From positions 1 through 30,757 of the IMG/VR virus record IMGVR_UViG_3300034781_000018: a stretch of 30,757 nucleotides of DNA. One strand, 5' to 3'. The translations under genes were made by a program, and so were the position numbers. The notes below the pieces were generated by a model. The model saw nothing but the letters and a program-made list of their open reading frames with translations. It made no database searches and was not told where the DNA came from. Shown here piece by piece: positions 1 to 6,886 of the stretch. The first letter of the stretch is position 1, and each line of letters starts with the position of its first letter. This stretch comes from a virus (taxonomy: Duplodnaviria > Caudoviricetes).

Positions 1-147
1 GTTCCAATCGGCGGAAAAACCGACACTAGCGCACCATCGGCGAAAACTACCAAAACGACCTTTACGAATGATGTAAAGGAAGTATCCAGCACGGGAGATA
101 CGACGATCTTCAAAAGCTTTATGGAGTTTTTTAAAGCTTTCTTTTAA
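1..147 (+). CDS. 3' end of a small protein (partial), ...VPIGGKTDTSAPSAK...IFKSFMEFFKAFF*
   Basis: Open frame 1 from window start to TAA 145-147, followed by a terminator hairpin; start lies outside the window. Confidence 0.55.
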   Translation, partial: VPIGGKTDTSAPSAKTTKTTFTNDVKEVSSTGDTTIFKSFMEFFKAFF

Positions 148-179
148 CAGTCAAAACTTAAATTACCGACTAAATACCG

Positions 180-220
180 AAATGCCTTTGGAGCGCGCTC
201 TGAGGGCATTTTTTATTTTT
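180..220. terminator. Probable bidirectional intrinsic terminator
   Basis: AAATGCCTTTGGAGC/GCTCTGAGGGCATTT stem (with G-U pairs) plus T-tract, between convergent genes. Confidence 0.7.
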
Positions 221-542
221 CTGTTTTCTTCTTTCCGCGTCGCTCATTTAGTAAATCTTCGTGGGAGCTCGAGGGGTTAGGATCGGTATTGTCAAATTCT
301 TCCTGATCGCCGGTTACTGTCGGCACGGCTTCCAAATTTACGGTTGTATTTACTCTGGCGTGATTAGCGGTTCGCTCAAAAATTTCCGGAGCTTCCTTTT
401 TAGTTTCGTGAATCGTTTTCACAATTAAGGAATGCAATAACCCTGAACGAGTAAGCCCACGGTGCTCCGCCACTATGTCGAATTCGTCTCTGATTTTTTC
501 GCTCACACGAATATAAATTCGCTCGCCTTTTTGGTCTGCCAT
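213..542 (-). CDS. Ribbon-helix-helix (CopG/Arc-like) repressor, probable immunity repressor
   Basis: MADQKGERIYIRVSEKIRDEFDIVAEHRGLTRSGLLHSLI shows the alternating beta-ribbon plus two-helix RHH pattern. Start placed at the ATG at 542; gene is divergent from the early operon. Confidence 0.75.
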   Translation of the reverse strand: MADQKGERIYIRVSEKIRDEFDIVAEHRGLTRSGLLHSLIVKTIHETKKEAPEIFERTANHARVNTTVNLEAVPTVTGDQEEFDNTDPNPSSSHEDLLNERRGKKKTEK

Positions 543-674
543 TGTACTTACAAAAGTCATACACCAAGCATAGATAAAATAACAAGATTTTTCCACTAAA
601 ATAGTTGACTTTGTACGTACAACGGTGTAATTTAAATTCATTGTCCCTCATTTGTTCATACAAATGCCGTACAA
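542..674. promoter_or_regulatory. Operator array TTGTA-N2-TACAA and rightward sigma70-type promoter
   Basis: TTGTACTTACAA 542-553, perfect palindrome TTGTACGTACAA 611-622, TTGTTCATACAA 652-663, half site TACAA 670-674. -35 TTGACT 605-610, 17 bp spacer, -10 TAATTT 628-633. Confidence 0.75.
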
Positions 675-683
675 AAATAAATT

Positions 684-884
684 ATGAAAACGAAAAGAGA
701 TGAATTTACCGAATTTTCAATACGTGTTCCGAAAAAACTCGACGAATTAATTTGTAAAGACGCAGAAACCAACAAATGTAGCAAGAATTTGCAGGTCAAC
801 GTCATTCTCGAAAAACATTACGGAGTCACCGGCTCGAAAAATTCAATAAAAATAAAACATTTAAAAAGTTTTTCGACGGAGTAA
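684..884 (+). CDS. Arc/Mnt-like ribbon-helix-helix protein (Cro-equivalent position)
   Basis: FSIRVPKKLDELICKDAETNKCSKNLQVNVIL matches the Arc pattern FxxRxPxxL...A..N..S.N.. Confidence 0.8.
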   Translation: MKTKRDEFTEFSIRVPKKLDELICKDAETNKCSKNLQVNVILEKHYGVTGSKNSIKIKHLKSFSTE

Positions 885-888
885 TAAC

Positions 889-1149
889 ATGTCCTTAATC
901 AAACGCCAAACTCTTATCGGTCTATGCTGCGCCGCCCAGCTGCTCAATTTAGATGAAAGCACGATCCGCCAAAAAAAATGCGGCACGGAAAACTTAACGC
1001 ATGTCCGTTGCGGCAGCGGCAAGCGTCAGCGCATCAGCTTAATTCTTGAAGAAGTAATCGCTCTGAAAGCGGAATGGATCGCCGCTGAATTAGGTAAATC
1101 ATCTTCATCCAGAACGAGCGGACCGGGAAAATTCCGTCTCGTCGCCTAA
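889..1149 (+). CDS. Helix-turn-helix protein, excisionase/Cox-like
   Basis: AAQLLNLDESTIRQ HTH followed by a wing (GSGKRQRISL), in an early-operon position. Confidence 0.65.
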   Translation: MSLIKRQTLIGLCCAAQLLNLDESTIRQKKCGTENLTHVRCGSGKRQRISLILEEVIALKAEWIAAELGKSSSSRTSGPGKFRLVA

Positions 1150-1157
1150 ATAAAATT

Positions 1158-1685
1158 ATGGAACAGTCATTATCTTCTACAGGAAAACTTACGCAATTTT
1201 TGATCGAATTTTTAATAAAACTCATTGAGTATGTTGTTCCGCCGGTCAAAGAACGTCGTCTCAACTTAGAACGCGAACTTGATACTGATAAACCTACAGG
1301 TCTCGCCAATCGCGCGGCATTCGACAAGGCACGCGCTTCAGCAGAAGCCGACAAAAAAACCGCCTTTATAGTTTTCGACTGCAACAACTTCGGTCTGGTC
1401 AATAAGCGCATCGGTCACTCGATGGGCGATGAATTGATTTACGAAATCGCTTTGGAAATCAAACGCGCTTGTTTTGCCTACAATGCCCGCAGCTTCAGAT
1501 ACGGCGGCGATGAATTCGTCGTGCTGGTCAATCGCCGTTTCGCAGAGCAGCTCCGCGACTCGATTGAGCGGCGCGTCGGCACATTTACTTTTGATAGCTT
1601 CGAGGTTTCGATTTCCGGTGCGGTCGGAAAAACTTTCGCCGAGGCGGACGCCACGCTACAGGCGCGAAAAAAGGAGAGGAAGTAA
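1158..1685 (+). CDS. Stand-alone GGDEF-domain protein (putative diguanylate cyclase)
   Basis: DKPTGLANR, FDCNNF, N..GH..GD, RYGGDEF, SISG and ADATL motifs in canonical order. Confidence 0.9.
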   Translation: MEQSLSSTGKLTQFLIEFLIKLIEYVVPPVKERRLNLERELDTDKPTGLANRAAFDKARASAEADKKTAFIVFDCNNFGLVNKRIGHSMGDELIYEIALEIKRACFAYNARSFRYGGDEFVVLVNRRFAEQLRDSIERRVGTFTFDSFEVSISGAVGKTFAEADATLQARKKERK

Positions 1686-1795
1686 TGAATTTGGAATTAA
1701 TTATCAGCGTAATCGTATTTTTGGCGCTCAGCGTTTGCTCTCTGCTTTGGAAACCGTCGCGAGATGTTCTCAAACAGATATTTTCCCGTTCTTAA
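1685..1795 (+). CDS. 36-aa single-TM peptide
   Basis: MNLELIISVIVFLALSVCSLLWKPSRDVLKQIFSRS; TAATG overlap with the GGDEF stop, GGAGAGG upstream. Not in the ORF track. Confidence 0.6.
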   Translation: MNLELIISVIVFLALSVCSLLWKPSRDVLKQIFSRS

Positions 1796-1807
1796 TTAAT
1801 GAAAATT

Positions 1808-2101
1808 ATGTCAATCGAAAATTTAACGATAACGATGTGCTGCGATTTGTGCGACGTTCAAGCTACGGCTTCGACTGATGAGGAAACCGAACTTCTGCAG
1901 TCCGAATGGTACGAATCAATTTTGTTCGATTTGTGCGGCAAATGCAGGAAAACGAAAAAAGGCATTGCGATGATCCGCGAAAGCCAGATCCTTTATTTCG
2001 CGCCTAAACAGAAGCCGTCCTGGGTTCAGAGAATTGCAGCAAAGGCAAAAAACTTTTTCGCAAAAATACCTGCAAAAATAAAAAAGCTGATCGGATTCTG
2101 A
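1808..2101 (+). CDS. Hypothetical protein with two CxxC motifs
   Basis: CDLC...CGKC; operon position; alternative start at 1799. Confidence 0.7.
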   Translation: MSIENLTITMCCDLCDVQATASTDEETELLQSEWYESILFDLCGKCRKTKKGIAMIRESQILYFAPKQKPSWVQRIAAKAKNFFAKIPAKIKKLIGF

Positions 2102-2127
2102 ATCAATCCGATCAGCTTTATTTTTTC
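2083..2127 (+). terminator. Intrinsic terminator within early operon
   Basis: Perfect 15-bp stem AAAGCTGATCGGATT/AATCCGATCAGCTTT followed by a T-tract. Confidence 0.8.
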
Positions 2128-2162
2128 TAATTTAAGCCAAAGTATCAGGAGAAATATACCAA

Positions 2163-3887
2163 ATGAAAGCGGTAAAGCAAACACCCGTTATAGGGAAAAT
2201 CCCTAAAATTATTCCTAAACCGGAAAAAGCGCTGCGCGTCAGTTCGCCGGACAACGTAGTAGCAATTGAAACATCGCAAATCATTCCCAGCTCGTTCGAG
2301 CCGCAGGCGCGTCGCCGCGCAAGATTCAAAACTGAAGATTTGATTAACCTGGGCGAGTCAATCAAAAAACACCGTCTGCGCCAGCCGATTCTCGTGCGTC
2401 CCGTACCTGGAGGGAAATATGAAATCGTTTTCGGAGAACGTCGATGGGCGGCGTGCAGAATAGTCGGAATCGAAAAAATCAATTGTTTTGTCGAAGATTT
2501 GTCGGACGCCGAAGTTCTAGAGCTGCAGTATGAAGAAAATCACCGGCGGCTTGAGCCGAATCCGCTCGGAGACGCTTTTTATTTTCAATTCCTTATCGAA
2601 ACACAAGGCTACACCAGCAATCGCATTGCAATGCAATTTAATCTTGACGCGGATGAAGTCCGTCGGCTGCTCAAACTTAACGATCTGATTGCTGAGGGAA
2701 AAGAAGAATTATCCGCCGGTATTTTACCGCTCCCACATGCCGTATATCTCGCCTCATTTCCGCCGGAATCGCAAAAGGAAATCACTGCCAAGCAATATGC
2801 ATATCGGTATCACGACCGCGAAGAAAAGGCTGTTTCCTTCGCGGCGTTCAAAGAAGAAATTGCAGTTAATATCATTCGCCTGTTGGAATCGGCGCCTTTC
2901 GACACTTACGACCCGCAACTTCACTGGAATGGTTTAATCTGCGCCGACTGCAACGAGCGCACAGGCTTTCCCGGACAATTATTCCCCGATCTCGCCAAAG
3001 ACGATTCCTGTTTGAATAAATCGTGCTTTGATTGGAAAACGGGACTGTATCTTAAACGCCAGCGCGAGAGAATCGCCGCCTCGATGCCGAATCCGGAAAG
3101 CAAGCCGGTTGAAATGTTAATCGAGGAAGTCCCGCTCGTCACGAGTAAAAGCTGGACGGACGAAAAAACTCCGTTCGCCGGAAAAGTTCTAACCGATCAA
3201 AAACTGCTCACCCGTCCCGAATGCGAGCATTCAAAATTGTCACTCGTCGTCGAAGGCGAGCGCAAAGGAAAACAAGCTTACATCTGCGAAAACAAAACGT
3301 GCCCGGTGCATAAACCGGCAGCATACGCCGAAGCGAACGAGCTGAAGAAAAAGCAGGCGGAATTCGAGCGAAATGTCGCTGCTCTCGCCCGCGAAAAGGT
3401 TTTCGCCAGCGCAGTCGAAGCCTTCAACGGGTATGTTCCTTTCTGGCATTACGCCGATCTGGTGCAGAAGCTGCTGCTTACGCTCTGGCAATCGTGCGGA
3501 GTTGATACGAGAAAGCCTATCCTGCGAATCATCAAGGGCTGGCGGAATTTGCCGGAAGAAGGCAACGAGCAGCAACTGAAAGATTTTCTCGCGTCCTTAG
3601 ACCACCTGCAGCAGGATCGTCTGCTGTTTCTGCTCGTTCATCGCACGACCGGCTTTTACGCCAATGACAATCAGACGGAAGTAAAAAAAATCGCTACTGA
3701 CTACGCACGTCGCGATTACGCGCGTTTTGACGCTGAAGCGCGGTTCGAGCTTGCCCCGGAAGAATTCAAACAATCCGCTGCGGAATACCTGGCTAAAGTA
3801 GCGAGCGGCATTGATGCGGAAATTCCTGCCTTTTGGTGGGGATTCGATGAAGAAGCGGCGGACGCAGCCGTTTTGGAAGTCGAGTAG
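2163..3887 (+). CDS. parB: Large ParB/RepB/Spo0J-family protein with Cys-rich C-terminal extension (PRTRC ParB-like)
   Basis: QPILVRP...YEIVFGERRWAA (GxRR CTPase motif), EEN..R, HTH, then CADC..C...C; AGGAG SD. Confidence 0.9.
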   Translation: MKAVKQTPVIGKIPKIIPKPEKALRVSSPDNVVAIETSQIIPSSFEPQARRRARFKTEDLINLGESIKKHRLRQPILVRPVPGGKYEIVFGERRWAACRIVGIEKINCFVEDLSDAEVLELQYEENHRRLEPNPLGDAFYFQFLIETQGYTSNRIAMQFNLDADEVRRLLKLNDLIAEGKEELSAGILPLPHAVYLASFPPESQKEITAKQYAYRYHDREEKAVSFAAFKEEIAVNIIRLLESAPFDTYDPQLHWNGLICADCNERTGFPGQLFPDLAKDDSCLNKSCFDWKTGLYLKRQRERIAASMPNPESKPVEMLIEEVPLVTSKSWTDEKTPFAGKVLTDQKLLTRPECEHSKLSLVVEGERKGKQAYICENKTCPVHKPAAYAEANELKKKQAEFERNVAALAREKVFASAVEAFNGYVPFWHYADLVQKLLLTLWQSCGVDTRKPILRIIKGWRNLPEEGNEQQLKDFLASLDHLQQDRLLFLLVHRTTGFYANDNQTEVKKIATDYARRDYARFDAEARFELAPEEFKQSAAEYLAKVASGIDAEIPAFWWGFDEEAADAAVLEVE

Positions 3888-3960
3888 GTTTTTAACAACA
3901 TTCGCGTTTTGGTAAGCGCGAATTCATGAGCGTGAAATTCTTTTCACCTCCCTTCTGTCG

Positions 3961-4010
3961 GCGGATTGGTTTTGACTCGACACGACTGAGAAAAACCAAT
4001 CCGCATTTTT
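3961..4010 (+). terminator. Terminator/attenuator hairpin upstream of the replication gene
   Basis: GCGGATTGGTTTT/AAAACCAATCCGC 13-bp stem followed by ATTTTT. Confidence 0.75.
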
Positions 4011-4035
4011 AACTTTTTTTATTTTAAGTCAAACA

Positions 4036-4914
4036 ATGTCAAGATTCGGAAAACTTGGTGAAGAAGCGTATTTACGCCATAAAGAACTGACCGGTGAAGA
4101 GTTTCGCTTATATGCAATCATTATTTTTCATACATTCTCGGACACCGGTATTTGCAAAAAAAACTTGCGTCAGTTATCGGCAATACACCGATTGAGTTAC
4201 ACACATACGACCGAACGCTACAAGATTTTGAGCTGGGATTTTAATGGTTTAACTCCTGAAGAAATAGAGAGAATTAAACAAAAGGTTAAATCGCCATGGT
4301 GCGAAGATACTAAAAAAGGAATTCGTCCGCTAGTCGGTGTAAAAGTTCCGAAAACCGGAACATTTGAAAACGAAATGTTCCGAAAACCGGAACATACGAA
4401 TTCCGAAAACCGGAACATGCATATTCCGAAAACCGGAACATTTGAAAACGAAATGTTCCGAAAACCGGAACATGCATATAAGGAATATATAGAGCCTTTT
4501 AAAGAGCAGAGTTTTATAGAGCCAACAACAACAGAAAAAACGGATGTTGTTGTTGTAGAAAAAAACGGTCATCAATCTCAATTTTCCTTTGAAGATTGCA
4601 TTCGTTACGTCAATCTTTGCCAGCAACAAGGTCAAATTATAAAAAATCCCACTGGACTTGCTACTTACCTTTACGAGTCTGGCGAAAAAGACGCTTTTAT
4701 ATCCGCCAAACTTTATCCTGAACCAATCGAAGAAACGCACGTCGAATACGACGACGAGTATAAAGATGCGCCGCAGCCGCTCGATGAATACGAGCTGGAT
4801 GAAGCACGTCGATTTCTCGAAGGCATGCTTTCCATAGGTAAGAATTTGAGCGAGTTTGAAAGTTTTTACGCGCCGTCGGATTGGAAAATTTTGACCAAGG
4901 AGCTTCAGAAATGA
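4036..4914 (+). CDS. Phage replication initiator (lambda O-like architecture)
   Basis: N-terminal winged-helix-like region, internal iteron array, C-terminal IKNPTGLATYL motif of the kind seen in initiators. Confidence 0.8.
   Translation: MSRFGKLGEEAYLRHKELTGEEFRLYAIIIFHTFSDTGICKKNLRQLSAIHRLSYTHTTERYKILSWDFNGLTPEEIERIKQKVKSPWCEDTKKGIRPLVGVKVPKTGTFENEMFRKPEHTNSENRNMHIPKTGTFENEMFRKPEHAYKEYIEPFKEQSFIEPTTTEKTDVVVVEKNGHQSQFSFEDCIRYVNLCQQQGQIIKNPTGLATYLYESGEKDAFISAKLYPEPIEETHVEYDDEYKDAPQPLDEYELDEARRFLEGMLSIGKNLSEFESFYAPSDWKILTKELQK
4346..4473. repeat. Five 18-bp iterons TTCCGAAAACCGGAACAT, probable replication origin
   Basis: Exact copies starting at 4346, 4378, 4401, 4424 and 4456; AT-rich tract follows. 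Confidence 0.9.
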
Positions 4915-5126
4915 AACACGATGTTGAAAGTTATAAAGCAGATCTTGTGAAAGCTTTCGATGGTAAAGCAAAAATGACCGGAGTTGATCTTGTGAATAAA
5001 CTCGCAAAAATTCGCAAGATTAGATATGACGAGGCTTACAACATCTATGCTTATTGCCGCGCTTCAAAAATCGTTAAAGCCGAGCACGTAGTCAGCCACA
5101 CTTACAACATATCTTTAAATTTCTAA
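4911..5126 (+). CDS. Hypothetical protein (possible small winged helix)
   Basis: ATGA overlap with the initiator stop; AAGGAG SD. Confidence 0.7.
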   Translation: MKHDVESYKADLVKAFDGKAKMTGVDLVNKLAKIRKIRYDEAYNIYAYCRASKIVKAEHVVSHTYNISLNF

Positions 5127-5143
5127 ATAAACAGGAGAATTCT

Positions 5144-5467
5144 ATGGGATGGGCATCGAGAAAAAATAAGGAAGAAGAAAAACGAACCGCGTATATCGTT
5201 TTCCCGAATGATGAATTGCGCGACGAATACAGTGATTTTATGAAACGGACGCGCGGTCTGCTTGAAACGGCTACAAAGTTTATGGATGCAGGTTGCGAGT
5301 TAGATGAAAATGCGCCCGATTTCTTAGACAAGGTTGGTCCGCACGTTGAAGCGTTTTTTGTTGAGTTGATTCTCAATTACGGGTCACCGTCACAGCTTGT
5401 AGCGGATATGGAGACGCTCTCACGGGTGAAAAGTATCACCGATGTAGCCAAACCTAAAAATGGGTAG
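5144..5467 (+). CDS. Hypothetical protein
   Basis: AGGAG SD; operon packing. Confidence 0.7.
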   Translation: MGWASRKNKEEEKRTAYIVFPNDELRDEYSDFMKRTRGLLETATKFMDAGCELDENAPDFLDKVGPHVEAFFVELILNYGSPSQLVADMETLSRVKSITDVAKPKNG

Positions 5468-5497
5468 TTTTGACTTCCCGAAATATGGAGTTTTGAT

Positions 5498-6010
5498 ATG
5501 GAAGATTTGAGTTTAGGAACTTGTTGTATTTGCGAATCGTCGGAAAACGTTCACGTTTTAGTGACACTTGACAAGAAATCACCGGTTGCCGGTCAGGGTT
5601 GGGGATGCTTTGTTTGCAATTTGCCGTCGGACGGGGCGAATGCCGTCATTTGTGATGATTGCGAGCCAAAACTTGCTTCAGGTGAAGCTGAACTCAAATT
5701 CGCCTGTGCCGGTTACCCGAGCAATGGCAAACGCATCCCCATCGGCGAGCTGACGGGCGAACACAAGCACGATTTATCAATGCACAAAGATGAAATATTC
5801 GCGGCTGCTGCATTAGAAGAAATTGAAACAGTTGACTGCCGCAATTGCGGTTGCCCAACCCTCACGACCGAGGAATTCTGCGTTAACTGCGGAGAGACGA
5901 TTTGCACTGTTTGCGGCTGCACCGAATCGGCGGCTTGCCCGGGCGGTTGTTTCTGGACGCGTCCTGGAATTTGCTCGCAATGCGATGCGGCGACGGCTGA
6001 TCAGTTTTAG
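5498..6010 (+). CDS. Cys-rich multi-zinc-ribbon protein
   Basis: Multiple CxxC pairs; C-terminal CTVCGCTESAACPGGCFW...CSQC; GGAG SD. Confidence 0.8.
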   Translation: MEDLSLGTCCICESSENVHVLVTLDKKSPVAGQGWGCFVCNLPSDGANAVICDDCEPKLASGEAELKFACAGYPSNGKRIPIGELTGEHKHDLSMHKDEIFAAAALEEIETVDCRNCGCPTLTTEEFCVNCGETICTVCGCTESAACPGGCFWTRPGICSQCDAATADQF

Positions 6011-6015
6011 AAAGA

Positions 6016-6138
6016 ATGAAGAATAAATTCTTATTTTTTATCAAGCAAAAGATAAAGCAATTGTTTTGCAAACACCGGCTTCATCCGATTTATCACTCTT
6101 ATTACTGCGATAAATGCCGCAAAACGACTTTGTTTTAA
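6016..6138 (+). CDS. 40-aa small zinc-finger prophage protein (DUF1660-like)
   Basis: MKNKFLFFIKQKIKQLFCKHRLHPIYHSYYCDKCRKTTLF has a CxH...CxxC pattern. Not in the ORF track. Confidence 0.6.
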   Translation: MKNKFLFFIKQKIKQLFCKHRLHPIYHSYYCDKCRKTTLF

Positions 6139-6161
6139 CTGTTTTTAGTGAAGGAGAAATT

Positions 6162-6368
6162 ATGGCAGAAACCGAAAACGAACCGCTCGATTGGGAAAAA
6201 GCTTTCCGTCATTTTGATGCCGTTCGCAAAACTTATCAGGAATTAGCCGGAACGCCCGGAGTGAACGCGTCCATGGCGCTCGAATACGTTTTCCGACCGC
6301 TGGCTGAAAGATATGCGCGCGGCGAGCGAACGCGCGAACTTTACGATTTGATGATGTCGGCTGAATAA
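6162..6368 (+). CDS. Hypothetical protein
   Basis: AAGGAG SD before the ATG at 6162. Confidence 0.7.
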   Translation: MAETENEPLDWEKAFRHFDAVRKTYQELAGTPGVNASMALEYVFRPLAERYARGERTRELYDLMMSAE

Positions 6369-6404
6369 ATTTTAGTTGATCAAGGAGGTTGATTTTTATC
6401 AATT

Positions 6405-6614
6405 ATGGCTACTGAACAATATTGCCCGAAGTGCAAATCTGAAATGACCAACATCAAGGATATGTTTCTACAAATAAAGGAACAAACTCACTTCTGTGAA
6501 ATCTTTTGGTGTCGTTTTTGCGGCGTTTTGCAGGATATCAACGCAATTGATACTTCATTTCACAAACCTTTAATTTTCGACCCGGCGGCAGCCAGGTTCT
6601 TTTTATGCAAATAA
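6405..6614 (+). CDS. Small zinc-ribbon protein
   Basis: CPKC...CRFC; AGGAGG upstream. Confidence 0.7.
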   Translation: MATEQYCPKCKSEMTNIKDMFLQIKEQTHFCEIFWCRFCGVLQDINAIDTSFHKPLIFDPAAARFFLCK

Positions 6615-6619
6615 AATTT

Positions 6620-6859
6620 ATGGCTAACGATTTACCCTACACAACCAAACGAGAAGCCGGATGCTTTTTCAGCTTTTTTCTCATTTTGGCGTTCGTCGCA
6701 GTGGCAATTTTATTTGTTTCCGATGAAGGCGGTAGGCGGATTATTTATGGCTTGATTTTGCTCGTTTTATCCGTCGGTATAGCCTACTGCAGAATTCGGC
6801 TTAGTGACCCGCAAAAGCCATTTTCCAAACATGTGCGGAAAGTTCGTAGAAATGATTGA
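6620..6859 (+). CDS. Small two-TM membrane protein
   Basis: Two hydrophobic segments and a basic C-terminus. Confidence 0.65.
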   Translation: MANDLPYTTKREAGCFFSFFLILAFVAVAILFVSDEGGRRIIYGLILLVLSVGIAYCRIRLSDPQKPFSKHVRKVRRND

Positions 6860-6886
6860 GTGATTAGAATGAGTTGATTTTTAGCG

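Noticed and set aside
684-1149. RHH plus next gene as a type II toxin-antitoxin pair
   Set aside because: The second gene looks like an HTH/Xis protein, not a RelE/PIN/MazF toxin.
4346-4473. Repeat array as a mini-CRISPR
   Set aside because: Spacers are only 5-14 bp and two are identical, the array is inside a CDS, and there are no cas genes; iterons fit better.
4330-5007. 225-aa minus-strand ORF
   Set aside because: Antisense to the initiator, Phe-rich shadow composition.
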